64,000 nucleotides of DNA from Salisapilia sapeloensis CBS 127946 (GCA_023334545.1 JAADVB010000051.1:1-64000); one strand, 5' to 3'; numbered from the stretch's first letter, positions 49,394 through 60,284 are shown. Translations and numbers: made by a program. The notes: a model not told the origin generated them from the letters alone.

Positions 49394-50596
49394 TCATTGG
49401 ACACATGCTACGATCTCTTCCGCAATCCGCTCGTCCTCGGCATGTTTCACAACACTTGATGCAGCTTTATCAAGCTTGTGCTTTGCTACCTCCAATGGCG
49501 TAAGACCGTCGTGGTCTTGTACTGTCACGGAAGCTCCGTATTGTACTAAAAGTTGGACGCAATCAAGATGCTGCCAAGCGACTGCGCAATGTAGTGGCGA
49601 TCGACGTACGGACGATTGATTGACATCAGCACCAGCAGCCAATAGGACATCGACAACACTCGAGCAGCCTGCTGAAGCGGCATAATAGAGCGCAGTGCAT
49701 TGATCTTGATCGGATAAATTCACATCCACGAGGTTGGATTGGATCATCGCTTGGACGAACGCTGCGTGGCCTTCGATGGCAGCATAATGGAAGGGATGCC
49801 GTGCACTCACGATATCTCGAGAGTCTGTTACGGGAACATCAAACCGAAGTAATAGATCTAATAATGCTACGTCCCCATTGCCTGCTGCTTCATGCCACAT
49901 CGTCACACCCATATCATCGACGGCATCTTTCTTCGCTCCATGCTCCATCAAGTAGGATGCAACGTCGATATGTCCATTCCCGATGGCTTCGTGCAATGGA
50001 GAGTGGTTCGTCTGGTTACACAGATTGACGTCTGCACCATGCTGGACGAGTAACTGGACCATGGATAGCCAACCTCGTTGACAAGCAGCACTCAGAGCTG
50101 TCGCCTTCATCTCGTTCTGCTCGTTCACGTTTGCATTTGCTTGGAGTAAATAGCGAGCTACCTCCATCTGATTGGCTTTGGCGGCATACATGAGAGGAGT
50201 ACGTCCTCTTGTCGTATGAGCGTCCACTAATGAGCCAAAATCGACGAGCTGTTGGCAGACGTCGAGATGACCATGGAGAGCTGCTTCGTGCAGTGGTGTA
50301 GATGCATACTGCTTGCGACCTCCACTTAGAAGGATGTCGCCAGCTCCATTGTCTAATAGGATTTGGACGATGCGAGCACTTCCATTGGCAGCAGCTAGAT
50401 GCAAAGCGGATGCACCTGTATGATCCTGAGTTCGTTGGAGGAAGTCCACTCGATCCGACATATTCATTTCAGCATCCACTTCATCTACAAGAGCTTGCAC
50501 TGCATCAGCATCTCCTTTCTTCACCAATTGCAACAACCGTTGGCCTCGATCAGCTTGTACTCTATTTGCCTTCCACTTGGATCTCCTTCGTCCCAT
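49394..50596 (-). CDS. Ankyrin repeat protein
   Basis: About nine repeats of G.(T/S)(P/A)LH.AA..G....V..LL..GA.VN. Confidence 0.93.
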   Translation of the reverse strand: MGRRRSKWKANRVQADRGQRLLQLVKKGDADAVQALVDEVDAEMNMSDRVDFLQRTQDHTGASALHLAAANGSARIVQILLDNGAGDILLSGGRKQYASTPLHEAALHGHLDVCQQLVDFGSLVDAHTTRGRTPLMYAAKANQMEVARYLLQANANVNEQNEMKATALSAACQRGWLSMVQLLVQHGADVNLCNQTNHSPLHEAIGNGHIDVASYLMEHGAKKDAVDDMGVTMWHEAAGNGDVALLDLLLRFDVPVTDSRDIVSARHPFHYAAIEGHAAFVQAMIQSNLVDVNLSDQDQCTALYYAASAGCSSVVDVLLAAGADVNQSSVRRSPLHCAVAWQHLDCVQLLVQYGASVTVQDHDGLTPLEVAKHKLDKAASSVVKHAEDERIAEEIVACVQ

Positions 50597-50772
50597 GCTT
50601 GGAAAGTAGAGTCGTACCGTAGCCTTTATGTCATATACTTAATACAAATTCCCATATATTTGTGGAAGTTGCATGTATCCGGATACGGTGTTAAGTAGCC
50701 ATCCGCATATTCTGAGGTATACTTGAATCAAATGCGTTTGAATATTCATACTTTCGACACAAACTGCCAAAA

Positions 50773-52607
50773 ATGGAGGGCGGCAGTCGACAAAGTGAGC
50801 CCCAGGACAGTAACCAGGCGTCCGGATCCCATAGCAACGTGTATGAGCAGTACATTGATATCAAAAAGGGGCTAGACAACGGGATGCATGCTTCCTCTGA
50901 GCGTGCGTCAGATTCTGCCAATAACAGCAATGCCTCTGCGAATGTCATGCCAGAAATTACCAATTCGACAGGTACTGATCCATTTAGATTCTTTCAATTT
51001 GTACTGCATTGACTTAGAAGGAAGTCTACATGCATTGTCGTAAGAACTAAATTACTGATAATGTGTTGTTTGTATCTCTGCAGATGAATTGGAAGCGGGG
51101 GAAGTGGTACGTGCATCCTAGCTCCATACTTTTTGCACTACCGCTCATATCTTGCATGTAGATGCCATCACTTGGAAGCAACAGCAAGTTTCGGAAGGAT
51201 GAACCTCCCAATCAGCAATATGCTGGCGGTCGTGGATACGGACAGTCGAGTCCTCGTGGTCGTGGGCCACCAGACAATCACTATGATCGCCGTAGCCCTC
51301 CTCCAGACTTTCGCCGAGGTTCTAGCCTAGACCGTGGTGGTCGAGGCAGTCCTCGAAATGACTGGCGAGGGCCTCCAAGTCCAAGAGGCGGTCGCGGGTC
51401 GCCACCCTGTCCGATGAGCCCAGGAAGAGGTTCTCCAGGTCGCTTTCGTGGCCGTTCGCGTAGCCCAATGAGAGACGGACGTGGTCCTAGTCCAATGAAT
51501 GGAAGAGGGTCTCGAGGATTTGGACGTGGACCTCCTAGTTCTGGAGGAGGCCGTGGACCCGTGAGTCCGGAAGGATATGGTCGTCGGCCTCCTAGTCCTC
51601 GAGGAGGCCGTGGTCCACTTAGTCCAGGAGGATACGGTCGTGGTCCACCTAGTCCGAGAGGGTACGGCCGTGGCCCACCAAGTCCAGGAGGATACGATAG
51701 AGGTCCACCTAGTCCGAGAGGGGGGCGTGGACCGATGAGTCCGAGACATGATTCCGGCCATCCGCATAGCCCGCCGCGAGGCCCTCCACGTGATCGCAGC
51801 CGTAGCCCAGGCAGAGGACCACCGCCAGGATCTCCACGCGATCGCAGACGCAGTCCTTTTAGAGGTCCACCACCTGGTCCTCCACGCGGCCGTAGTCGTA
51901 GCCCACCAAGAGGTCCTCCGCCAGGTCCTCGTAGTCGTAGTCGTAGCCCTTTCAGAGGTCCTCCACCTGGTCCTCCACACGGCCGTAGTCGTAGCCCACC
52001 AAGAGGTCCTCCGCCAGGTCCCCCACGCGGTCGCAGCCATAGTTCGTTCGGGGGACCTCCCCCAGGTCCACCGCGTAGCCCATCAAGAGGTCCTCCGCCT
52101 GGCCGAAGTCGTAGTGCGTACAGTCGAAGTAGTCACGATCGTCTCCCTCCTCCTGAAGCCTATCCGGATGTCGGTGGCAACCCTCGTAAGCTGCGTGTGC
52201 CGCATCAAGGAGACTGGACTTTTGCCCTGCATCGTAGTAAGAAGTTCCACTGTCGATGCATTGGCATGGCAACTGCGCTGCCATCTCCTGTCCAGTTGCC
52301 GCAATTCGTGGACGTGGCACAACTTCCTCCGTTGGAAAAGTTTGACGAGTTTATGATGATGGAAAGTCGCTCCATAAAGCGTGTCGTGTACGAGTTACTG
52401 CCGGAGACGATTGAAGACAAGCCTCGTTATGAAGAATTCCGTGATTATCTACTACGTGGTCGTAAAGGCAGTGCTCGAGCCGGAGCTGCATTGGAGATGG
52501 ATACACTTGGTTTCAAAATATTCATCATCCCGCCTGGAGACAAAGCTCGTCGATTGGGGTACAAGGATATGCAGATGATTGCCGTTTTGCGTGAAAAGAA
52601 GCAGTAG
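50773..52607 (+). CDS. SP/RS/RGG-repeat protein with C-terminal SPOC-like domain
   Basis: Exons 50773-50971, 51084-51106 and 51162-52607 join in frame. The C-terminus (WTFALHRSKK...LPQFVDV...YELLPE...YEEFRDYL...RAGAA...IFIIPP) fits the SPOC pattern. Confidence 0.75.
51480..52110 (+). repeat. Coding tandem repeats: GRGPPSP(R/G)G units then RGPPPGPPRGRSRSP units
   Basis: Repeated nucleotide units, including the near-identical copies ggtcctccac(g/a)cggccgtagtcgtagcccaccaagaggtcctccgccaggtcc near 51877 and 51964. Confidence 0.9.
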
Positions 52608-52725
52608 TTGGTCTTTCGCCCACGACAAAAGATGCTGTGTCAATTTTTAACGTCCAATATCAAAAGCAAGTGGTTTCGTGCATTTCATAGTTTGATTAAA
52701 CGAGTTCACATGGAAAACAAACGTC

Positions 52726-55700
52726 TTAAAGAATCCCCAAGTAGACGCGCTGATACTTGTCATACCATCGCGTGCGCCAGTTGTTCATGGACCGATCGAT
52801 GAGTTGGTTCACGAACTTATTACAAGTGCTCGTGCGTTCACCAGGTTTCAGTCGCGATCGCAAGCCTTCGATCACAGCTTTATTTCCGCCGGCAAAGCAA
52901 GGCAAGTCGGCATTCCCGACGAGCATCATCTCTACCATGAGCGTGATCTTGTCCATGTTGCGTCTCAAGGCCAAGTACGCTCGGATGCATAGGGATCTAA
53001 AGTATCGGAAGGTAGAGCTGCGTGGACCGCCCATGAGCTCAATGAACTCATCGGTGAGCTTAAAAGGTGCACGCTCAAAGTTCATGTTACTCCCTGGGCT
53101 GTTCGTAAGGAAGAAGCCGAAGTCAATGTGGATGAGACGACCGTCCGTGTCCACAAGGATGTTTCCGTTGTGTCTGTCTTTGATCTGGAAGACGTAGCAC
53201 AGGATCGAGTACGCCGCCAAGCTCTGGACAAAGAGTCTGCGAGCACGAAGGAAGCCACGAGACTCCCTTGGGCCATGCAACCGTTCGAAAAAGTCTAATA
53301 AAGTCGTGTACTCCGGATCGTTCCGCTTCAACGAGTCCAGAGACACAGTATCAGGAACGGCTTCCACGAGTCCAGCCGTGGCGGATGTGGCAATGACGTT
53401 GTAAGGTCTCAATGCTAACGGAAGCTTGTAAGCTTTAAAGATCCGGTCGCACTGGGCAATCAATTGAGCTGCGAACTGCTCCTGTCGGAGATCGTCGTCG
53501 CTCTTAACGATGACAGACATGAGTCTCCATCCAGGATGCTCTCCAAATGGCGACGACTGTCGAATCCGAGCTTCCTTTTCACTCCACTGTTCTCTAAAGA
53601 CAATCACTTCTTCCTCTTCTTCTTCCACTTCCTCCTCCTTCTCCGTCTCACCATAGTCTGTATCGACAGATTCTCTCCCGGCATCAATTTCATGCTCCTG
53701 GTCTGACTCTATTTCATCTAAACCAAAATTTTCGTTCCAGGCAGCAGCGTCTGTAAAGTCCAGACTGACGCTCATATCTCTCCCTCGCGCACGGTCTTCC
53801 TCCTGTTCCTTGCCATCATCATCCTCCTTTTCTTTCACATCTGGTGTACTCACCTGTGGCTTTTCATCCGGTGTCTTTAAAAAGTCATTGCTATTCCGTG
53901 GAGTTGCTTCTTCCAGCGGCGGGTACATGGACGCAGGCGAATTGTCTAGCACGACTGTCACGTCCGTCATCAAAGGAGTGTCGGTATTCGCAGTCTCGGA
54001 ACCTCGAAGACGTGTGGATAAAGATGAGTAGAGACTGCCGAGCTGTTTACTAGCAGTCGCCACGCCAGACTTGGCCAGCTTACCTCCTTGCTTACGCACG
54101 CGAGGCAGTCCCCACTGCCCCATCTTGTTTTTCTTCTGCTCCACGACAGCTTCACTGGTTTCACTACTTGTCTCTTGCGTCGGTGTGATGGCTGAGATGC
54201 CATTCACTACGCTCTCACGCACACTGTTGATTCCAGACGTGATGGCAGCTGTATATGAATCATCCTCTGCTTCTGCATCGGCACTAGGAGAGATATCAGT
54301 TGCAGGGAGCTTCTCCACGTGCTCTTCACTTGGAGCTTCAGTCTTGTGCGTATCGACTGGTGTCATCGGCGGCTCCTGCGCTGGTGTCGATGGCTCAGTC
54401 ACTTGAGACGCATCTGCCTCAGCATCACGCTTCATGATTTCCTGATTGCTCTTAAACGGATTTCGCAGTTTCTTACGCATAAATTTCCTTCCTCGACGCT
54501 TTCGACGTTTCTTAGAGATCGAAATGCATGGATCAGATGATTGTGGAGGCGAGTAGTCCAATACTTCGACACACATAAAGAACGGAACACGCTCTTTTGT
54601 GGAGAAACAAAAGCTTTCGTCAATATGAATCGCTTTAACGCGATGACAAGAGTTACCAATAGGTAGATAGATGACGTTGGATGGCAAGTAAGTTTGGTTG
54701 ATACCATCTAGACCTTCTCTTAGCTTCGTATTGCGTTGAGCTAATGGCTCTGGGATTAATTCATGAGCCAAGCGAGTGAGCTCTGCAACGAACGCAGGCG
54801 TTTGTTGGTATAATGTCATCTGAAGGGGGTTTCCTTCCTCTGGCTTAGCTTCATACGTCAACATCTCTTTCGTGTGCATGAGATGGTCGGCGAACGACTG
54901 GTCGCTCTTGAGTATATCCGAAGTCAAGCCCTTGTCGATGGAAAAAGTGGACCAGCGACGCCGGCGGAGGTTGTTCGGATACTTAATCGACACTTCTTCC
55001 TGACACAGTCCGTTGCTCATTAAGAGCGCGGGTACTCCTGCACGTTCTTCAATGGCAGTGAGTAGATCGGCATCCTCCACGTCCGACGTCTGGGATGACG
55101 TGACGCTCAACGACTCACTCTTGTATCCTTTAACTCCATTACAGTAGGACTGGAGGAACCACTGCAACCGATGAGCAAAGGCAAGTGAGTCGTTGCATCG
55201 AGATAGGAGGAAACATTCGAGTTGGTGCTGTTTCGCGTAATTTCCATGGACGAAGAATGTGCATAGTTGTGGAATGTAGAATTCAAATTCGACCGCATTG
55301 GCTTCATAACTCTTATACAGCTCCGACACAATGTCCTGATGCGCATATAGCTTTAACAAGAGTGGGAACAAGTCTTGATCGGCTGCTTTTTCTTCATAGG
55401 CAGCAGCTCCTGGGTCTGTTTTAGATAAATGAGATAGTTTCTCCATCGTCGATCGTAGCTTTTGGTCCCACGTGTGCTTGAATCTGTCTTCGGTGGACAA
55501 ATCGTCCTCCACTTCGTCTTCATTGACGCTAGAGACGCTTAGAGGAGGAGCACTTCCACTCGTCTGTCTGCCTGTCGCGTAGGACGAAATAGAGTTTATA
55601 TATGGTAGAGGCAGAGACACAGCTCGAGCGAGGGATGGAGAGTTGAGAGAAGAGGAAACGCTGGATGCAATCGTCGCTTCCGAAGTTATACTCAAGCGAC

Positions 55701-56076
55701 CTGGGTCGGTGCTATCGTCTGTTTTCTGCTGCTTCTTACTCGACTTGGAGCCAAATATGGATGACTTGAGGCGTCGCGGGATTTTCGGCATCCCGAACGA
55801 ATACGAGGATGAGGAAGCTGTCGAATGGCGAGAGTCGGAGTACGTGGAAGAGGATGGGGACGACTGGAAAGCTGCCTCACTGTCTGTGTCAGGCATGTCC
55901 ATCTCGCTCAAGGGAGTGAAGCCACCGTGGTACTCTTTATCTGGTTCGGTCTCCTCAAATTGCTTGTCCTTTAGCGTCGACATACCCGATACCGGCGTTC
56001 CAGCAGTCGAAACTTTGGAAGGTGTCTCCTCTCCTTCAGGCTCCATTGAAGACGTCTGATGTTGTAGGGACGCCAT
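52726..56076 (-). CDS. PI4KB: Phosphatidylinositol 4-kinase type III beta
   Basis: Helical domain (FYIPQLCTF...SLAFAHRLQWFL), FSTKERVPF, KSDDDLRQEQF, QIKDRHNGNIL, IHIDFGF and FERAPFKLT. Confidence 0.95.
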   Translation of the reverse strand: MASLQHQTSSMEPEGEETPSKVSTAGTPVSGMSTLKDKQFEETEPDKEYHGGFTPLSEMDMPDTDSEAAFQSSPSSSTYSDSRHSTASSSSYSFGMPKIPRRLKSSIFGSKSSKKQQKTDDSTDPGRLSITSEATIASSVSSSLNSPSLARAVSLPLPYINSISSYATGRQTSGSAPPLSVSSVNEDEVEDDLSTEDRFKHTWDQKLRSTMEKLSHLSKTDPGAAAYEEKAADQDLFPLLLKLYAHQDIVSELYKSYEANAVEFEFYIPQLCTFFVHGNYAKQHQLECFLLSRCNDSLAFAHRLQWFLQSYCNGVKGYKSESLSVTSSQTSDVEDADLLTAIEERAGVPALLMSNGLCQEEVSIKYPNNLRRRRWSTFSIDKGLTSDILKSDQSFADHLMHTKEMLTYEAKPEEGNPLQMTLYQQTPAFVAELTRLAHELIPEPLAQRNTKLREGLDGINQTYLPSNVIYLPIGNSCHRVKAIHIDESFCFSTKERVPFFMCVEVLDYSPPQSSDPCISISKKRRKRRGRKFMRKKLRNPFKSNQEIMKRDAEADASQVTEPSTPAQEPPMTPVDTHKTEAPSEEHVEKLPATDISPSADAEAEDDSYTAAITSGINSVRESVVNGISAITPTQETSSETSEAVVEQKKNKMGQWGLPRVRKQGGKLAKSGVATASKQLGSLYSSLSTRLRGSETANTDTPLMTDVTVVLDNSPASMYPPLEEATPRNSNDFLKTPDEKPQVSTPDVKEKEDDDGKEQEEDRARGRDMSVSLDFTDAAAWNENFGLDEIESDQEHEIDAGRESVDTDYGETEKEEEVEEEEEEVIVFREQWSEKEARIRQSSPFGEHPGWRLMSVIVKSDDDLRQEQFAAQLIAQCDRIFKAYKLPLALRPYNVIATSATAGLVEAVPDTVSLDSLKRNDPEYTTLLDFFERLHGPRESRGFLRARRLFVQSLAAYSILCYVFQIKDRHNGNILVDTDGRLIHIDFGFFLTNSPGSNMNFERAPFKLTDEFIELMGGPRSSTFRYFRSLCIRAYLALRRNMDKITLMVEMMLVGNADLPCFAGGNKAVIEGLRSRLKPGERTSTCNKFVNQLIDRSMNNWRTRWYDKYQRVYLGIL

Positions 56077-56170
56077 CCTTCTCAGACAATTGCTCTACAC
56101 TTCCTAGACGTGTGCTCGCTGTCGTGACTGCCGCAATGACCTCTCCCGAAAGCCGTGGCGGTGCTCGTTA

Positions 56171-56211
56171 TCAGCCAATAAAGCGGTTGAAAAATTCCTT
56201 TTTCAGCCAAT
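56171..56211 (+). promoter_or_regulatory. Direct repeat TCAGCCAAT (two CCAAT boxes) upstream of PI4KB
   Basis: Identical 9-mers at 56171-56179 and 56203-56211, about 95-135 nt upstream of the PI4KB ATG. Confidence 0.45.
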
Positions 56212-56495
56212 CTGACGCCAGTGCTGAGAAAAGTGGGAAAGTCACCTGCTTTTCACGCCCACGATGCCAGATCACAGCATGTACGTGTATGTGCATGCAC
56301 AAGTCGACGACTAGGAACATTAGAAACCGACGTGCACAAGTACGTCTCTCCCTGTCGTTTCCGTCGCATGGGTTGCGTCTTTTCATCATGATTCATATCC
56401 GACAGAAGGTCACTACGAAACGAATTAACCACGATCTCGATTAACAATTCGACTGCTACTGGACGACGAAAAGATAGAAATTACATTTATTCGAC

Positions 56496-59400
56496 CTACT
56501 CGTCTCCTGATTTCACTTCCTTGTCCACACGCTCTCGTTCTTCCTCTAGTTCCTGTGATAGCTGCGAAGCAGACTCAGCACGTGCTCTGGCATACTCTTG
56601 GAAACCGACGAGATGCTGGATGTCTCGTCGAAAGACGAACGCAGCAATCGATAGGATGATCACAAATACAAAAATTCCGCCCTGTCGCCATTCCTTGGCT
56701 GCCTTGTAGTCATCGATGTGATCGTAACGATTCCGTAGATGCGACGGTAGCTCGAATTGAGACGGTTTGGGCCAAATCGATAGGAACAACTCGTGCAAGA
56801 TGCGACTGACACGCTCCGAAGGGTTCTTCATATCGTCATTGATGCACACAAACTTCGTTCGTCTCGCTCGAGTGCCGAGCATCTGCCCCCACGCAAACCG
56901 GAAGTTCTCGCTCAGCATGTGGAACGTCACCTCGCTCTCCCCGTCGAGCGCCACAGCCGACGGTTCATTACGTACATTCGTCAGCAGACTGCTAGTCACA
57001 TTCGGACATGAACGTAGGTCATTTAACGTGATATGTGGTATCAACGTCTCCGACAGACGTAGCGTACCCTTTGCAGTGGTAACTTCCCTCACTTTCTCCT
57101 GCTTGGGAGGTTGAATGCACGTCTTGACATCCTCTAGAAACTCATCTGAAGGAATATCTCCGCGCGATAGACTTGCTAGTGTCAAGATCTCGTTTTCATC
57201 TAGAAATCCATTGCGATTCACGTCCAGATACTCGTGCCATACATCTTCCAAGCTCGGACGATATAGTTTATGTCGATTCAAAAGGAAATGGAAGTAGGAA
57301 AAGCTGAATTGCATGTCCTGCGGATGTCGGAATCGATGGCTACTCGTCGCGTTGATAGCGAGTGGCCAGTTCTGCTTGATTTCGTTCAGCTTCGAGCGTT
57401 GGAGCATGAACGGCATGTGAGATGGGACTCGACGGCGTGATGGCGGAAGTCCGTGTGGATCTTGAGACACAGGTTTACCAAAGACGCGGTTGTACAAGTT
57501 ATTGGCGAAGCGTAACGAGTCCCCAAACGTGTCTCTGGATAGCTCTTTCGGTTGTATATTCTGCTTCTTGTGCGTTTTCGACCCACTGGACTTGGACTCC
57601 TCTTCGACGCACACGTCGTCCTCCAAAGCATCCGAGCTCTCGACGATGGAAAGACCTGTGATATGTAGTATGTATCTGTATGAAGATTGGAACAAGTTAC
57701 GGAGCACATCAATGGTAGAAGCATTGCTAGCACGTTCCTTTGCTCGTCGATGTCGTCGCTCCTGGGCATCGCACGCAAGTATTTTGCCTGCTTCTTCACT
57801 CGCCTGCGTCTCCTCATCTGATTCATGATCATCCGTCGAGTCCACAGGGGCTCGGTTATACGCTACTTCCCAAGCATGCGCGTCATGAACGTTGCAAATG
57901 GGTGGAGAGATGTGCAGTATCTCCAAGGAGATGTCCCAGCAGCTCTCTTCCCCTTCCAAATACAAGATAGAGTCGATTAGTTCAGCTTGACGCTCCAACT
58001 CCTCCAGTCTCCTTTGGATTGTTCGTAGATGCACAGCGTGGAGGACGTGAGTGTGGGGTGGCACGAGTGCGAAGTCAATGCAATAGATCTTTCTTGTTGC
58101 AATCTCGTCATCAGCATTTCCAAAACAGACACGTCCATCGATAACGCTGTCAGATGCGTTCATCTGGGATGGATGTAAAGGCAGCTGAAAGTCCATGGCG
58201 ATTCCAGAGCTATCTGTAGATACTCTGCAGGAAGTCTCATCCGTGTCAAGCGTTTCTTCCTGGTTCTTATCTCTAACTCCCATCATCTCGTCTTCTTCCA
58301 TCCATGCACCAACTTCGTCGTCATCGTCGTTGTGCTCCAAGTCCCCAAAGCTGACCGAAGCACCCGTCTTATCTGTAGATCCACTTCCTGCTTTCTTTGC
58401 TTCCTCTGCATGCTGATGATTTGGTGCATGCGGCTGCTCTTCTTCCGCTCTTGTCGGTTTATTATCAGGGATGTTAACAAGGCATGAATGATCATCCGTC
58501 CACGTAGGTTCTCTTTCATCCACTTCATCTCTATCGATCGAACGAGGCCAGAAACCAGCAATAGCGTCGAGTAGGAAAATGTCACCAGGCGACCACCGAA
58601 CTTTGTTCATAATGTCAAAGGGTAGTTGAAGTCGAGCATGCATAATAGATGTCTCCGAGCTCTGATTTCCACCTGCAGCGTCGCCTGAAAAGTCCAGTTG
58701 TACACCACTTGTCTGGTCTGCAAGACGATCGATTGATACGGAAGTAAAGTTAAAAGGCAGTCGAATGCGCTTCGGTCTAATGGTAGAGTTGAGGAAGGTG
58801 ACGCTACCGCTAGACGCCAGCGGCTGCTGGCCACGAACAAGCGTGAAGTGGATGCTAACATCCTCTTCATCAACCGTTTCCACAGTCTCTCTGTCATTTT
58901 CCTCGTCTTCCTTTACAATAGATTGGACAAGAGTACCCTTCTTGCCATGGACAGTGAAGGAGACGCCTCCTGTCATTCGATGTCCGTCAAAGTCTCTTCC
59001 AAACACGACCAACAGTTTCATGTCTTCTTCAAAGACCGATGCATGTCGTACCAGACGTTCGTTATTGTGCTCTGCTGCTTCAATACGACTATAGTTGCTA
59101 GGAAACAGTTTGGATAGGTCGAGCATGACAGCGCCTTCTTCTAATGAAACATGCACCAGTGTGTCATTCGCACGCAGCTTGGCAGAGTACAGTTCGTCGA
59201 AATCGCCGCCGTCATCGCATGCTCCTGCATCAAACCCACACTCTTTTATATTGCATCGACGATTGCAATTCTTGTCTCCGATCCACGCGAACCGACAGGA
59301 CTGGACGCATAGGTCATCACTGAGTTTCGAGCCTACTTGTCGCTCTGCTTGAGCAGTGTCCTGTTCGTCGAGAATTTCTTCCACTTTGCGAGGATCACAG

Positions 59401-60284
59401 TACAATTCTGCATCGATGTCATGACTTGAAACTCGGCATCCACAATCGCCCATGTCAAAATCACACGCCGTGACATTGCATTTAGCATCACAGACTCCAT
59501 TCTGGAGCTGGCTCTGCGCACACCCGTTCGAGCACTCGGGTACTTCCCATGCGAAATAGGCTTTCTGGACTTTACGAACAGTCATAAAATCTTCTGGATA
59601 GACTGGAGCACCGAGGAAGACGTCGTCGTTGAAATAGATGAATGATTCACTTAATCCTGGGATGTTGTCTAGATTCCACTCGATGGCAGGGGAGCTAAAG
59701 ACTGGTAGATGAGACTTGTTATCAAAGATGTCTTCGTGCTTGACGATTTGCAGCCGAGGCGAGTCAAGATCTAACCAAGATGGGACTTGTCCGGAGGTTA
59801 CGATGTAAATGCGTCGAAGCCACGGCGCGTATTTTTCGAGCGAACGTAAAGAGTACCGTAGCTCTTCGTTATCACGAAAACGATTGTCTGAATTCGACTT
59901 GTCTTTCTTCGCTTTACTTGCGGTAGGCTTGACACCCGTCATCTCTTCCATCCAGAGTTCATGAAAGTGCTCCTTATCTGCCTTCCAACGAGGATCAGAT
60001 CCATTCACCCACGTATAAACTGCATCAATGGGTCCATAAGCAAGGTAGTCAGCACCAGGTACACCGCCAATGTTATCTCGGTAGTTTGGAAATCGATTGA
60101 CAAGTGATGTGCTTGCTGGTGCTTCGATGACCATCCCATAGAGCACCACTAATGCTGCCCCAAGCAGCAACGATAATACAGAAGCCATGGTAACTAGTTT
60201 TCTTGAGAAAGAGCTATTTTGTAGATTGAGAGATGGAATAGCTTCTCCCTCCGAGCCACGTCGACGAGCTCGTCGCGACGCCAT
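56496..60284 (-). CDS. GNPTAB: UDP-GlcNAc-1-phosphotransferase alpha/beta precursor (Stealth + LNR + EF-hand)
   Basis: N-terminal TM; Stealth CR1 PIDAVYTWVNGSDP; CR2 RFRDNEELRYSLRS...FIYFNDD; two LNR repeats; CR3 DTFGDSLRF...HMPF...RFRHPQDMQFSFSY; EF-hand DVNRNGFLDENE; CR4 KFVCINDD; C-terminal TM. Confidence 0.92.
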   Translation of the reverse strand: MASRRARRRGSEGEAIPSLNLQNSSFSRKLVTMASVLSLLLGAALVVLYGMVIEAPASTSLVNRFPNYRDNIGGVPGADYLAYGPIDAVYTWVNGSDPRWKADKEHFHELWMEEMTGVKPTASKAKKDKSNSDNRFRDNEELRYSLRSLEKYAPWLRRIYIVTSGQVPSWLDLDSPRLQIVKHEDIFDNKSHLPVFSSPAIEWNLDNIPGLSESFIYFNDDVFLGAPVYPEDFMTVRKVQKAYFAWEVPECSNGCAQSQLQNGVCDAKCNVTACDFDMGDCGCRVSSHDIDAELYCDPRKVEEILDEQDTAQAERQVGSKLSDDLCVQSCRFAWIGDKNCNRRCNIKECGFDAGACDDGGDFDELYSAKLRANDTLVHVSLEEGAVMLDLSKLFPSNYSRIEAAEHNNERLVRHASVFEEDMKLLVVFGRDFDGHRMTGGVSFTVHGKKGTLVQSIVKEDEENDRETVETVDEEDVSIHFTLVRGQQPLASSGSVTFLNSTIRPKRIRLPFNFTSVSIDRLADQTSGVQLDFSGDAAGGNQSSETSIMHARLQLPFDIMNKVRWSPGDIFLLDAIAGFWPRSIDRDEVDEREPTWTDDHSCLVNIPDNKPTRAEEEQPHAPNHQHAEEAKKAGSGSTDKTGASVSFGDLEHNDDDDEVGAWMEEDEMMGVRDKNQEETLDTDETSCRVSTDSSGIAMDFQLPLHPSQMNASDSVIDGRVCFGNADDEIATRKIYCIDFALVPPHTHVLHAVHLRTIQRRLEELERQAELIDSILYLEGEESCWDISLEILHISPPICNVHDAHAWEVAYNRAPVDSTDDHESDEETQASEEAGKILACDAQERRHRRAKERASNASTIDVLRNLFQSSYRYILHITGLSIVESSDALEDDVCVEEESKSSGSKTHKKQNIQPKELSRDTFGDSLRFANNLYNRVFGKPVSQDPHGLPPSRRRVPSHMPFMLQRSKLNEIKQNWPLAINATSSHRFRHPQDMQFSFSYFHFLLNRHKLYRPSLEDVWHEYLDVNRNGFLDENEILTLASLSRGDIPSDEFLEDVKTCIQPPKQEKVREVTTAKGTLRLSETLIPHITLNDLRSCPNVTSSLLTNVRNEPSAVALDGESEVTFHMLSENFRFAWGQMLGTRARRTKFVCINDDMKNPSERVSRILHELFLSIWPKPSQFELPSHLRNRYDHIDDYKAAKEWRQGGIFVFVIILSIAAFVFRRDIQHLVGFQEYARARAESASQLSQELEEERERVDKEVKSGDE

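Noticed and set aside
51480-52110. Repeat array considered as CRISPR-like
   Set aside because: Units are contiguous, in frame and lack unique spacers. There are no cas genes and the context is eukaryotic.
51327-52356. 237 aa W/T/R-rich antisense ORF and 202 aa alternative-frame ORF
   Set aside because: By-products of the coding tandem repeat in the SPOC-domain gene.
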